The notes under the pieces: model-generated
Told to the model about the DNA's origin: nothing
The model's database searches: none
What the model saw: the letters and a program-made list of their open reading frames with translations, nothing else
Source: Selaginella moellendorffii
Taxonomy: Eukaryota; Plantae; Lycopodiophyta
Length of the DNA stretch: 64,000 nt
Assembly: GCF_000143415.4 (NCBI RefSeq)
Contig: NW_003314271.1
Span: 2,502,285 to 2,566,284 of the forward strand
Reading direction: 5' to 3'
In this document: piece after piece, positions 46,042 through 58,915 of the stretch
Numbering within the stretch: position 1 is the first letter of the stretch
How the letters are laid out: every line of letters starts with the position of its first letter
Program-made: the position numbers and the translations under genes

Positions 46042-49000
46042 TCTGCTACAGCATATCAGCGAGCGTTGGACAAGTTCTTCCGGGACCTGCTGCCTTGTTG
46101 AGAAATTACTGCTGCCGAGCGGAGTTTCCTCTCACCACTTCACTTCCTGTGCCCCACGGAAGTAAGTTCATCCCTGACAGATCTGTTTCCCCTCCCTTTA
46201 CCCAAGAAAATCATCCTCGGACTCCGTAAGTCCAACTCCAACAGCATAGCAGTAGGCCTTGGACTGATAATCTGCAAAAGAGAAAGAGACCAACAATCTC
46301 AGTCATAGAGGAACTTCCAAAACCTTCTGAATTGTATGCCTAGCTAGGAACACTGTTTGAAAACGCAAGACACCATTAAAGATTCTCATGCTTGCATCTA
46401 CAAGAAAACGAACTATACTAGCTAGCATTCATTTCAGCTCCGACTTGAGAATCTCTTGTACAGGCACTCGAATTACTCTAGAGTTGAAACTACAGATCTG
46501 GAAAAGCCTTATAGTTCAACGAGAGACAGCAAAAGAAAGACTAGAGCAGCGAGAAAGAGAGAAAAGAAGAAGCAGAAAGAATGCATTTGCAGCGACCTTA
46601 TCCACAAGTGTTCTTCAGCAACCAAAAATTGTTACCTTATCACTTCCTCGCTTACGTCTTGCTTCACAACTAAAAGCACCTGCACACACCACACACCGCA
46701 GCGAATTAGCCATTTAGTTCTCGCGAAGGAAAGAAACAGATGAAAGAACACGAAGAAAGAACATGAACACAGGAAGCACGAAGGTGAGAAACGCAGACAG
46801 TGAATTGCAGACTCCTGGAGCACAAAGTAAAGCAAGAAGAAGAAGGAAGAGACACAGATACGCGTAGAGAATGAGAGGGAGAAAGAGAAAAATCCGGAAG
46901 AGGGAGTATCCAAGAAACCAAGTTCGGTCCAAAATCTATATACTTACAATGATATCACAATAGCCCCCAGATCGCGCGCAGCGCAAGTTTCGCCGTTTGC
47001 CCGCACACCAGGCTACAGCTACCAGGAGAGGAGGGGACCCCTTCTCTCCGTTGCAATTGGTCGTTTGCTCCTCACAACTCACACTCAACCGGACGGACGG
47101 ACGTGCCTGTGCCTGCGCAAGCTGAACAACTGTTAATGCTGTTAGTGCTGTCAAGGACGCTGGACGAGCTTCTGGACTTCAGTTCAGAGCGGCGCTAGCA
47201 TCATCATCATCACAAATCTGAGAAGGCATGCAACTAGGAACAGCAGCAGGAGAGCCAAGCACGGGGAAAAAAGAAAAAAATGGAGAAATAAGACTTATGG
47301 AGAAGAGAAAAACACTGGAAACGAGGAATTTGGAGGAGGAAATTCACGGACATATATCAGACTCGAATATAAATGGGAGCTGCAGCAACAAGACACATCT
47401 AGCCACTTGCAGAGGCCAGTTGCAGCATTATTCCAGCCGCAGACAGTGTCATCACTAAGACTAGTTCGACGATAGTGCTGCTGGGCAAGGTCTGCACACT
47501 ACTGCACTCACTCGCCAAAGAACAAGGCCAGTGAAAGCGAACGCTGGAAGTCTATTTTGCAAGGGAAAAATGAAAGAAAAAAACACCAACAAAGCAAAAG
47601 AGGCAAAAAGGTAAATGCGTGAGTGAGAAGAACTTGACATTCGACTCTTAAACTTGACAATAATGGGAAGAACTAACAAAAGCAAGAGCGAGAAAAACGT
47701 AAATGGATGATCACTTAAAACGAAAATATCAGCTTAAGCACAGAAATCCATCGACTTCGATCGAAACCACAAAGAAACGCAAGAAAGACAGCATTGTCGA
47801 TAAATCGCAAGTTCAGTAGAAACTTAGCGAAAGATCCACCTCTGGAAGAAATCAAAGGAAGGAAAAGCATACAGTGAAGAATAAAGCGCAAGGACTTTGC
47901 ACGAGTTTCCAGGCACGAAGCCATGCAAAACACCCATCGCTAAGCGCGGATTTCCGCGCTAACAGCAAGAGAACAAAAGAGAAAATGCAGTGCGCTATCA
48001 GGATGAAACCGACTCCAAAGACTAGAAAGAACCAAAAAATTCCAGCCTACCTCCTCGCAGAGCCCCACGCCGACCATTCCGCTTTCTTGCGGCAGCAGCA
48101 GCAGCTCCATTGTTGCAATCGCGCGTCGCTGTCGCGCTCCAAGATTGAAGAACCCTAAAAAGCAGCCTTAGGGTTTACGGAGAGAATTTTGGCGCCACGT
48201 TTGAAAACTCTGAACCAGTCAACGTCGCTGACGTGGCGCACTAGAAAGAAAAAATCTCGCAATCTCTGCCTCCCTGAGGAAGGTATATTATGTCCTTTCG
48301 AGATTCCCTTCTCCACATTGAGAAGAGGCTCCAAGTTCCAATGAAGGTCCACGCGTGTGTCCGTATGACCTATTTTTCCGTGCTATTTTGACCCACATTA
48401 GAAGGAACGCGTAGAAAGATTTCTCGTGGAGCGATCTAAGCCTTCATTTGCTATATAGAGTGGAACAAATCTTGATCGATCGATCCATCACTACTTTTGT
48501 TTTGGGTGGCGGTTCATCATTGGGGAAATTATTCATCACGGAACTCCTAGCTCGAGCTTATCCTCAGTTGATTGGATCATGTACTTCTTGAGCACCGACC
48601 TGGAGCTCCAGCGTCCACTTCTTTTGATCAAGTCAAGCCTTGAAAGTATGTTCGCGAAAAAGCTAGAGAATCTTCTACTAGTAATTGTAATCAATATAAT
48701 TATATATTATCGAGCTAAAAAATAGATATAATAGTTATTAGTTAAAATGAGAAGTTATTTTGCTCCGCCCAACAAACAACAAAGAAGGGCAGATGTACTG
48801 ATGCGCTTTCGCGTCCCAGACCATTGGATCACGAGGAATGGATGGAAGTGATTACGCCGTCTCTATCGTCCCATGGAGAGTGACTACGCAATCCCACTCA
48901 AAATCCATCCATCCATTATGGGGTCATGAAAAAATGGCCTCCCTGGAACCTACGAGGTAACAATTCTCTATGATCTTCTCCTTAGACAATGCCCACGAAC

Positions 49001-49369
49001 CAAAAAAAGAGTTTTCTTTCACGAAAGCAAAAATTTTCCAACCCAGGTGAAACCAACGAGGAAAAAAGCGATGGAAGTGATAGAAAAATCGCTACCTATA
49101 GATGAACCTAAAGGGACCGCAAGAGATTCGCGCGAAAGCATTCTTTCGATAATATTTTGTCCACGTGGTTAACGGTATATTCCGCGTTTTCGATTGACGC
49201 GTTGGCTAGGGTTTGTGACGGGGAGGGGAGCGTTGGATCTGAGATCCAGCTCGCGAATTCGCGATGATCCCCGCGTAGATCCGCGCCCAGCTCCTTCTCG
49301 GATGTGGAATGCCGCCGTTCTTGACTCGCGGATCGGAGCTTTTCGGGGATAGGTTTTACGAGGTCTTAG

Positions 49370-50304
<935 letters not shown>

Positions 50305-50621
50305 GCTTAGCAATCTTCGATCGACACGACTTTACGTACGAAGAAGGTTATCTTTTTTGGCGATGTGGATAATAATGTTCCTCTCTTCCTCTCTTATATA
50401 GATATGCTCCTTTCTATTAACACTTGTTTTTTTCTTCCTTTAACTGACGCTGCGCCAGGTATATTCCGGTTTTGTTTTTTCAAAACTACCGAAGCGCGCG
50501 TCCGCGGAGAATCCGCTTCTAGGTGAGTGAGTGAGCACTTGGTGGAAGCTTCTGATTTTCGTCTAGGATCCGTCCAAGCGGGATCACAATTGATCACTTT
50601 CAAGACTGTCCTGAGGAGCTC

Positions 50622-51760
50622 ATGGCCCCGAGCGACGATGATGAATACGGTGAATATGAGAAAGAAAAACCGTAAGCTGTCTCCTTCCCCGCTCGTTTTC
50701 TAAGCTTTTGACTCGTTGCAGGGCTGAGCAGGTCAAGAAGACCACCGACGACGTAAAAAACGCTGTCAAGGACGATGGTCAGAACAAAGGGAAGTCTGTG
50801 AGAGACAAGGCCAATGATTTAAAGCAACAAGCTGGTGAGATTGTTGGCAAAGGACAGGGGAAGCTAGCTCCGTATTTCTCAACCGCCAAGGAAAAGACGG
50901 AAAAGCTGGAGGCAAAGAAGCCCGCGGTACAGGAGGAAGCTAAAGAAATGCTAGATCAGGCCAAGCACACGGTTAGCAAGGTGGTCCAACAGGAAAGCAA
51001 GGATGTGTTGGAAGGAGTGAAGAGGCTGGCCAAGGACGAAAAGGCATTTCACGACGCAGCTCACAAGGTTGCTGAGAAGATCCACCATGGTGGCGCAGGG
51101 GAGTCTGAAGGACATCAGCAAGAGCACTCAAATTATAGACAACAAGAGCACTCGGATGTAAACGAGAAAAATCAGCAGCATCATATTCCAGACTTTAGTG
51201 ATTTCAGTGAAATGGAAGAGGAGGACTGGTCCGACGAGGCAGAAGGATCGAGCCACCATCCTAAGCAGCACCTATTAAACGAGCACAGGGCTGCTCACGG
51301 GCATCAACACCATCCTCCTCACCAGCCTCAAAAGAGAAAAAAGAGTCCGCTGGGTTATTTCAAGGTTGGCGCCAAGTTGGCAGGGAAGGAGAAGAACAAA
51401 GGGACGCAAGATAATCACCAGGGAGAACAGCAGCAGCAGCAACCGCAGCAGCAGCAAGAACAGCATGGTGGCGGTGTTTTGGGGACTGTCAAGTCTGTGT
51501 TTGGACAGGGGTCTGCTGGAGAGAAGTCACTCGACACGGCTTCAAATCTAGCGCAGAAGAAGCTGGGCCAAATGCGGCATGTCGTGGACGCTCAGATGGA
51601 CGAAGCTGGCAACGCCACTGCCGCGGAGAAGAAGACTCAAGGCGTCGGACTCGTACAGTCCTTTGGTGAGAGTCTTTTTGCGTGAAACTTTCTTCGTTCT
51701 AACTTCTCTGTTACAGTGTGCCTATGCACCTGTGCGTCGAGTGTTCACGTAAGCGGTTAA
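50622..51760 (+). CDS. Hydrophilic LEA(group 3)-like protein; 3 coding exons
   Basis: K/E/Q/A-rich amphipathic segments (KSVRDKANDLKQQAGE, GGGVLGTVKS); GT-AG introns about 50672-50720 and 51666-51716; last exon VCLCTCASSVHVSG*. Confidence 0.6.
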
Positions 51761-51872
51761 TCAGCAAAGAGCGGGCAAGTAGAGCAGCTTTCTGGTCAGC
51801 TGGACAGCTTCGTACGAATCAAGCCTCGTTAAAACTGGAATCTCAGTCACAGGGGCTATAACTCTAGGTGGC

Positions 51873-52713
51873 CTACAAAGCCACGACACACATCACCAAC
51901 AGGAGAACTTGTGCTGCTGGAGCCAATGACAACGAGCTCGACGCTGTTGCTGGTGGACTCCCAGTATCGGACAGCGGGTCGTCAGATCCCCCAGAAGTCT
52001 GGCCCGTCACTTGACCGTGTCCACCTTCATCGCCAGGAGGAGGATTCCCACTCGGAGGAGAAGACGAACTCCCATCTGGTGGTGGTGGCGGAAGCGTTCC
52101 AGAGGTGTTCCAGAACCACTGCCAGGGCGAGACGCGGTCGTCGGGGTCCGGGGACGAAGACGGGGTCAGAGAAACGAGCGGACAGATAGAATACACTGCA
52201 GAGAAGCCAAAGTCAGCCGCAGGAAAGCAGGGAAAACCATGCCAAAAGCAGGAAGAACTTACCGCCGGGGTCATGGCGTTCGTGATACGTGAGATTGTGG
52301 TAGCACAGGACCTGGTCGATCTTACTCTGGTCGGGGACGCAGTTCTCGTCCAGGTACTCGTTGAGCTCGCGAGTGACTTGGATGCAGTAGCGGATGTAGT
52401 CCTGGAAGACGGTGGTGCACAGGCAGCCTCCGTAGAGCGCCGTCTTGACGGACGTACAGCACGACTTGTAGTCGAGGGTGTTGCAAACTCCCATCGCCTC
52501 GAACATCTCGAAGTTGCAGCTATAGCCATCGCCGGGATTGGGATCCTCGATCGCCCCGAGATCATCGCCCAGATCATGGACGGTGGTGCGTGAGTTGGAT
52601 CCATTGACGCGCCGGAGACCATCGAGCTTGAGGGCCAGATCGAGACGAGAGGGCGACGAGCGCTGTGCGTGGAAGAGCAGGGAAGAAGCCACGAGAAGGA
52701 GAACAAGCACCAT
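51873..52713 (-). CDS. Secreted 8-cysteine-motif (nsLTP/prolamin-like) protein with Pro/Ser stalk and probable GPI signal (LTPG-like); intron 52196-52262
   Basis: Signal peptide, C..C..CC..CLC..C..C spacing, Pro/Ser/Gly linker, hydrophobic C-terminus VLLLVMCVVAL. Confidence 0.7.
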
Positions 52714-52972
52714 TTTTTGGTTTGCTTCTTGGTTCTCAAAGGAAATCTTATAAGCTCTTTAAAGCGTCCATGGCGGGAGACGAAACGAAACGTTCTATCT
52801 TATCAAATTTCTTGATCTTTGGTTTGAGTCTCATTCTCAGATTAAAAAGTTTTTGCTTGTTTTTTCCAATCAATTTATTTACAACTTCTCTCACAAAATC
52901 CGGACCAGGAGCTATCAATCAAGGCTATAATAAATTTCGCTACTTATTCACAGAAAAGAAAAAAAATATCTA

Positions 52973-54247
52973 TCAAGTAGTGGAAGACGAAGGCTCTTCG
53001 AGTAACATCGCCACGAAGGAATCCGGGACAAAGCCCGCGTCTAGCTCATCGCCCAGCTCTCCCAGATTCACATCCATGTCGCCCACCACCGGAGGATCGT
53101 CCAGCCGGAACGACGATCCATCAAAAATGCTTGGAAAATCATCCAAGCCTCCTTGCTGACGCTCCAGCCGCATCGCCAGCTCGCTCAAATCGCTCAAATC
53201 GCTCCCCTGGAGCTCCTCGATCGACTCGGAAAAGAAAGCTCCTCCAAAAGGGTCGGAGCTCGCAAGAACCGAGACCGGGGATCTGCTGCTAAACAAATCC
53301 CAGCTCGAGGAGGAGAGATCTTCCTCCTCGTCCTCATCAGTTACTTCCTTCTTGATCGCCTCGACCCTCGTCATTGCGCTGCCACCCATGCTCGAGCACG
53401 AATCTCTCTCCTCCTCCACGAATCTCCTGTTTGGCTCGATCGCTGGCTCGATCGCTATCGCGTCGATGCCATCGATCTCCTGCCGATTCGTGCGGCACAC
53501 CAGCTCCATCGCCGCCGCCGGGCGCTCCGCCGCTGCCTTGAGCCGGAGCTTGAGCTCCTCTACCTTGCCCGGCTCCACGATCCTCCTCCCATCCAGCCCA
53601 AAATTGGTCTGCGCGCTCGGCCCTTTCATCCGCCGCGCCGCGCGATCGTAGGCCTCCGCCGCCGCCTCGGCAGTGTCGAAAGTCCCCAGCCACACTCGAA
53701 TCCCCCGCGAGAAATCGCGAATCTCCGCCGCCCATTTCCCCCACGGCCTCTGCCTCACGCCCCGGTACTTTGGCCGCGGGCCATCGTCCCTCTCCACGAT
53801 CTTGCGCTTCTTGCTGCTGCTACTCCTCACGGATTTCTTCGCGATCTTTGCTGGCGCTGGGGCCGGCTCCGCGAAATATCCCTGCTCCTCGGTGTCCGTG
53901 GCGGCATCCGGCTCGATCTTGGGCACCGGCCGCACGAAATATCGCGTCTTCTCCTCGAGATCGGCCATGGCGTGCGCTCGAAAGACGCTAATGTAGCTGG
54001 GAACCATGGCCAGATCCCTCTCCTCCTCGCTATCCGAGGAGATCATCACCGTCGTCGCGGCGACAAGATCGCTGTCTACTCGTGCTCTGCCTGGATGTGG
54101 CATCGCCTTCTTCCCCTGTTCTTGGTGATCCTCCTCGCCCGACGACGAGTCTGTGGCATCGGGATCGCAGCACACAACGCGAACTCGCCTCGGGCACACG
54201 TTCTTGATCGATTCACGCTCCGGCTGCTTCATCTTGGGACCCGGCAT
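52973..54247 (-). CDS. CRF: AP2/ERF transcription factor, CYTOKININ RESPONSE FACTOR (CRF) type; intronless CDS
   Basis: CRF domain [19 protein letters not shown]2 [18 protein letters not shown]...[15 protein letters not shown] motif. Confidence 0.93.
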   Translation of the reverse strand: MPGPKMKQPERESIKNVCPRRVRVVCCDPDATDSSSGEEDHQEQGKKAMPHPGRARVDSDLVAATTVMISSDSEEERDLAMVPSYISVFRAHAMADLEEKTRYFVRPVPKIEPDAATDTEEQGYFAEPAPAPAKIAKKSVRSSSSKKRKIVERDDGPRPKYRGVRQRPWGKWAAEIRDFSRGIRVWLGTFDTAEAAAEAYDRAARRMKGPSAQTNFGLDGRRIVEPGKVEELKLRLKAAAERPAAAMELVCRTNRQEIDGIDAIAIEPAIEPNRRFVEEERDSCSSMGGSAMTRVEAIKKEVTDEDEEEDLSSSSWDLFSSRSPVSVLASSDPFGGAFFSESIEELQGSDLSDLSELAMRLERQQGGLDDFPSIFDGSSFRLDDPPVVGDMDVNLGELGDELDAGFVPDSFVAMLLEEPSSSTT

Positions 54248-55989
54248 GGGAAGATCTTCCAGAAATCTGCGCTACGACATGCAAATAAATCTCCCTCCAG
54301 TGGTGGATCGATCAATGCAGGGCCAGGGAAGCAAGAAGGCCATGCATCGCTCTCGAAACCTCGCGAAGAATCAAGGCAAAGAAAGCAAAAGAAAGGAGTG
54401 AAGAACACGCAATCCTAGATCCGGCCTCGAGGTAAGATCACCGTCTTCGCTAACGATTGATCTCGCTACGATCTAATGCGGTCTTCTCACTCTCGCGATC
54501 GATCGTCCCCTCGATCGCGCCTTCTCTCCCTCTCTTTCTTCCTTCCAATCGCGAGGCCCCGGAATTTCCCTCGCGTGTGTATATACTGAGACATCACAAT
54601 GTTAAAGATGGCTGGCGGGCGCCAGCGGTCCGATCCGCCGCATCCAACGGCCGAACCCCTGACACGTGTCGCCCGTTTTGAGCTGTCTTGTCGATCAGGC
54701 GCACCCAAATTTGATGTGGCGGTGTACAGCGGGGTCGGTCCCGCTAAATCCACCGGTCTAGCTACTGCCACGTGTAACACGGCCCAATCAACCGATAGCG
54801 CGCCTGCCACGTCGGCGTGTCTTTCGGGCCTAAAGCCTGGGAAATTTGGGCGGTTTTAATTTACCGCGGGGTGGATTGGAATCTCTGCCTGGCGTCCGTG
54901 ACCTAAAAAAACGATGTTGCCGGTTTGATGTAGAAGACTCTAGTGGGTGGCGGTGGAGTAATCGATTGGAAAGAGTTCTTTAGTGATTTGGTGGCTCCAA
55001 AGCACTAGGGTTTGCTTGAGCGGCAAGTCTGAAATTTGGACTGGATATATGCGCTGGTCGGATCAATCAATCAGTCGTAGACAAGGTCAATATGTACTAG
55101 ATCAAGAGTACTTAGACTACCTAAAGTCTCCATTCTTTGCGTTTGACGATGGTCCGTGCGCATCTCGTTGGAATAATCCTCCCAAGCCACTAAGGATCTC
55201 CCAAGAACGACAATGCTGCTGTGTGGAAACAAAAGAACTCTCACGAAGAAAGGGTATCGGGTTCGATCCCGTCCAAGATAGGGTATCTAGCAGCCGCTGG
55301 ATTCTCTCTTTTGTCGCCGAGTGGGAGAACCCAATGACAAAATGCCATGCCTGGGCATGACTCATCATGACCATGCATGGCTGAAATAAGACAGGGCCCG
55401 GACAAAGAAAAAAACGACTTGGCCGGCGGTATCGTGGTGCCACGTGTCAAGCGGCAAAATCTGGGCAGCCAATCGCGAGCCCCCGCCGCCCGGTTTCTTT
55501 GCCGGCCGGTGGGGAGTGGGACCCAATCGCGCGCCGCCGCGTAGTAATGCAAAGTTTAGGGCAAAACATCCAAATTTTAGGGCAAGAAGGAGTTGCGTAT
55601 ACGTCTCTAATTCAATGAAGGAGCTAGTGGGCCTCAACGTGTTAATGGATTCGCCGATTTTTATATGGACCCATTCTAGCTACGCTAAAAGGCGCACAAA
55701 AGAAAGAAATCGCTCGATTAGTGTACGTGTGTGGTGTGATCTTCCGAGCAGTGCAAGAAAAAAGGGAGATTTTTTCTCGCTGCATTGCCTAGAAGAAGCC
55801 AGCACTGGAATTGTGACAGAATTGACTAGGAAAAAAAAGAGCCAACCAAGTCAAAACTGGAAGTTCTAAGCTTGTGTCCTGATCTTTACAGACAGGCACG
55901 AAGAACTTGTGATGTCCCACGGCAATCTGTGATTCTGTTCACGGGGAGGAAAGAAGAAAAAGGAGATGGTCTTAACTTGAAACACCTTG

Positions 55990-56935
55990 TCAGCAGGCGG
56001 CTCCCCACGAGGCGTCGCTCCCGACCCGAGGAAGACTTCGCGGTTGATCCTTGCGCGACTCGTCCACTTTGAAAGTGGAGCCACACATCTGTCCCTGGCT
56101 GTCCACTCGTGGCACCGGTTTCAGAGCGTTTAAAGGGTGCTCGAAGCTTCGCAAGCCACCTCCAGTTGTGAAGAAACATCCTAGAAGAGAGAGAGAGAGA
56201 GAGAGAGAAAAGAGAAATATTCGATCGGATTCACAAAAACTTTCGAAGAACTTACCAGCCGGGAATGGAGCAAACGATTTGCCGCAACCATTCCTCAAGA
56301 GATCTGCATTATCCGAGAATGCAAGTGATTCGTCGGCAGCAATGCCCCAGAAAAATGGAACCTTGCCCTTGTCATCCTGAATGTAGCTTCAACGTTAGCA
56401 AATAAACGAGCCCAGGACAGGGAGGAGTTCTTACGTTTGCCACAAGCAGCGTTTTGGTCGCATTGTCGAAGAGAACGAATGCAAACTGGCCAGAGAGATC
56501 CTTGACAACTTGATGCGCAGGATATGGAGCCCGATCTCGCAGGGCCTTGTACATTTCGATCACCAGGGTCTCCTCACACACATTCTTCGTGAGGCCGTAG
56601 AGCTGCCTGAGTGCTGGAAGATTTTCCAGAACACCGACGAAGATGCAAAAGATATCATCCAGAACTGCGAAAGCTCTGCCAAGAACAAGAACCAAAACGT
56701 GAAAAAAAAAGTTTCCAAAGTTCCATTCCTACCGTGGCTTGAGAAGAGCTTGCTTTTCGTGAGAATAAGCCATTGCGCTAAGCCCATCCAGCTGCACCGA
56801 TGCCGCCTGTGGGATCGCCGAGGTAAATGACTGCAAAATCTGGGCGCCGCTCTTCCGGCGATCATCATCCACGCTTCCCGGAGCCGAGAGCTCTACTGGT
56901 CCCGCCGCGACCGATTTGTGAAAGACGCCCAGCAT
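55990..56935 (-). CDS. DUF3700 / Wali7 / TSJT1-like Ntn-hydrolase-fold protein; multi-exon
   Basis: MLGVF.KSVA..P.EL..P, LVIEMYKALRDRAPYP..QVV.DL.GQFAFVLFD, GCGKSFAPFP.G, GGLRSFEHP, PRVDSQGQMCG..FKVD. Confidence 0.93.
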
Positions 56936-57297
56936 TCTTGCGAAGAATCCCCGAAACCTAGCGCAAGAAACACAAAATCTCTGAGCCGATGCGCGATCGC
57001 GCTAACATTCCGGGCAAGAATGGCAGGAAACTCACCTGGATCGAAAAGTAGGTAAAGCGATCGATCGAGATACCTTGCAATGGGCTAGGGCTGGAGCGCT
57101 GCTATATACTAGTTCCTGGAAGAGGGAGCTTACAAAATCGTGCCAGGCGGTGACGTGGAGGGCGTGGATTTAATCCAAATTCAAACCTATCCGCCCGCCG
57201 CGTCACCGCCAAGTCATCACCACGTCAGCACTGACCGTGGGTGACACGTCGTGCACAGTTTTGAAATGCAAAGAAAACGGAGAGCCCTAGAAGAACT

Positions 57298-57903
57298 TTA
57301 ATCTAGAAAGAACTCTACGCAGCAATCGATAAAGGAAGAAGCGCAGGGCTCGATCGACGCCACTGCCCTCTTCATCCACTCCTGGTCCTCGATCGCCCCC
57401 TTGGACGCTTGATCCAGATCACACTGCGGCCAGTAGAAATCTCCTGCCGCTCCTTGCGCCTCGCCGAGAAATGGCGACAGCGGCTCTTGGATCGCGATCC
57501 CGAGCCCCTCGCCCAGATCGCTGCTCTGCTTGCTCTGATCACTGGACGAGTTGGAGTCGTCGTTGCGCAAGATCGCCCAGTTGGGATCCTGCTGATCATC
57601 GTCCTCCTCCGGGGATGCGAGAAGGAGACGGAGATCCTCGCAATGGAGCTCCAGAGAGGAGGAGCAGCGCCGCTTGATCGGAGGAGGAGGCCCACCCAAC
57701 AATCGCCCGGAGATGTCATCTTCTAAGAACTGATCGTTGCTCTCACCTTGGAGGAGGAGGAGATGATCCAGGCATCGCTTTCTCCATCGCCAGAAAAGAA
57801 ACTCGCTCTCCTTCTGGGCTGGAAGAAGTTGTTCTTTCTTTTTCGTGCTTGGAACCGCGCGCTGGAATCGATCGATCTGAAAGCGCCACAGCCCAGGACG
57901 AAT
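57298..57903 (-). CDS. Uncharacterised acidic open frame, probably the last exon of an unrecognised gene
   Basis: Frame is open from 57903 to the stop at 57298 with no 5' ATG and starts immediately after CCCGCTAG (possible acceptor). No recognisable domain. Confidence 0.35.
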   Translation of the reverse strand: MRPGLWRFQIDRFQRAVPSTKKKEQLLPAQKESEFLFWRWRKRCLDHLLLLQGESNDQFLEDDISGRLLGGPPPPIKRRCSSSLELHCEDLRLLLASPEEDDDQQDPNWAILRNDDSNSSSDQSKQSSDLGEGLGIAIQEPLSPFLGEAQGAAGDFYWPQCDLDQASKGAIEDQEWMKRAVASIEPCASSFIDCCVEFFLD

Positions 57904-58915
57904 CTAGCGGGAATATGCGTGCCACGCCCGCTCCCTTCTCAACACGTCATTCACGAATCCGCTCTACACAGATATTTTCTGTGCAAGAACGGAAAATCCG
58001 GTTACCCACCACCGCCCGTCGTGCGACGGGCGAGATGAAGGGCGATGACGGGCGTTGACCGCCGTGCCCTAAAATTAATGTCAAACTAAATGCGTTGCCG
58101 CTTTTAAAGGAAAAGTTTGGGAGCCATGATCTTTGCTTCACCGCCACCAGTGCAAAGCTTGTGGGAAAGGTGGCGGACTTTCTAGGGTTCCGCAAGGGTG
58201 TCTGTGCCCTGGTCCAAACTCGTTAGCTGTTTGTTGGCTGTGATGCAATGCAAATGCGTTGGACGTGATGCTTCTAACTTCTCTTCTCATGCGATGGATG
58301 GAAACGGATCTACATTTGCAAGGGACAACGACTTCTGTAAAATAGACTAAAGCAAGTCTTTAAGAAACGCGAGGTTTGTTTGTATGCAGCGGCAGCATAT
58401 TTTCGGATGAACCTGGGCGTGCGATGACTAAATTGTCGCACGAGACTGTAGAGTGGACTCGAGATTTCCGAGACGTGGGGCGAGGGCGACAACTTGAGAA
58501 GCTGCCCAGTGGGTGAGTTTTAGGGTAATTCATCTGACCCTCTCTCTCTCGCGGTCTCGATGAATGCGAATATGCCACGAGAATACGTTGAAAGTGTGGC
58601 GGAAAATTTGGCCCAATAAGCAACGCACAAGTTAACCATTGGTTAACACGTTAACTACACGGAGATAGTAATACCTATAAATGTGAGAGCAGAGCATTCT
58701 TCTCTCCCGTTTCTCCACCATAGCTTTGTTTCATCCTTGGTTTGGTCTCTGGGAGAGGGAGAGAGCGAGAGGGAGAGGGAGAGAGTGAGAGTTATTTGTT
58801 TGATCTTCCATTCGACGATGATTCCTCCATCGATTTGAGAGCTTTTTCTCTCCTCTTTTTCTGCTCTCGCTCGTGATCCCTTTCACGAGAGCTCTTCTTC
58901 CTCCTCTCGCCGGCT

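Noticed and set aside
53153-54418. 421-aa ORF antisense to CRF
   Set aside because: Arg/Leu-rich shadow of a GC-rich CDS with a non-ATG start.
55255-55275. GGTTCGATCCC tRNA T-loop/B-box-like motif
   Set aside because: No acceptor stem, D arm or anticodon arm can be formed around it.
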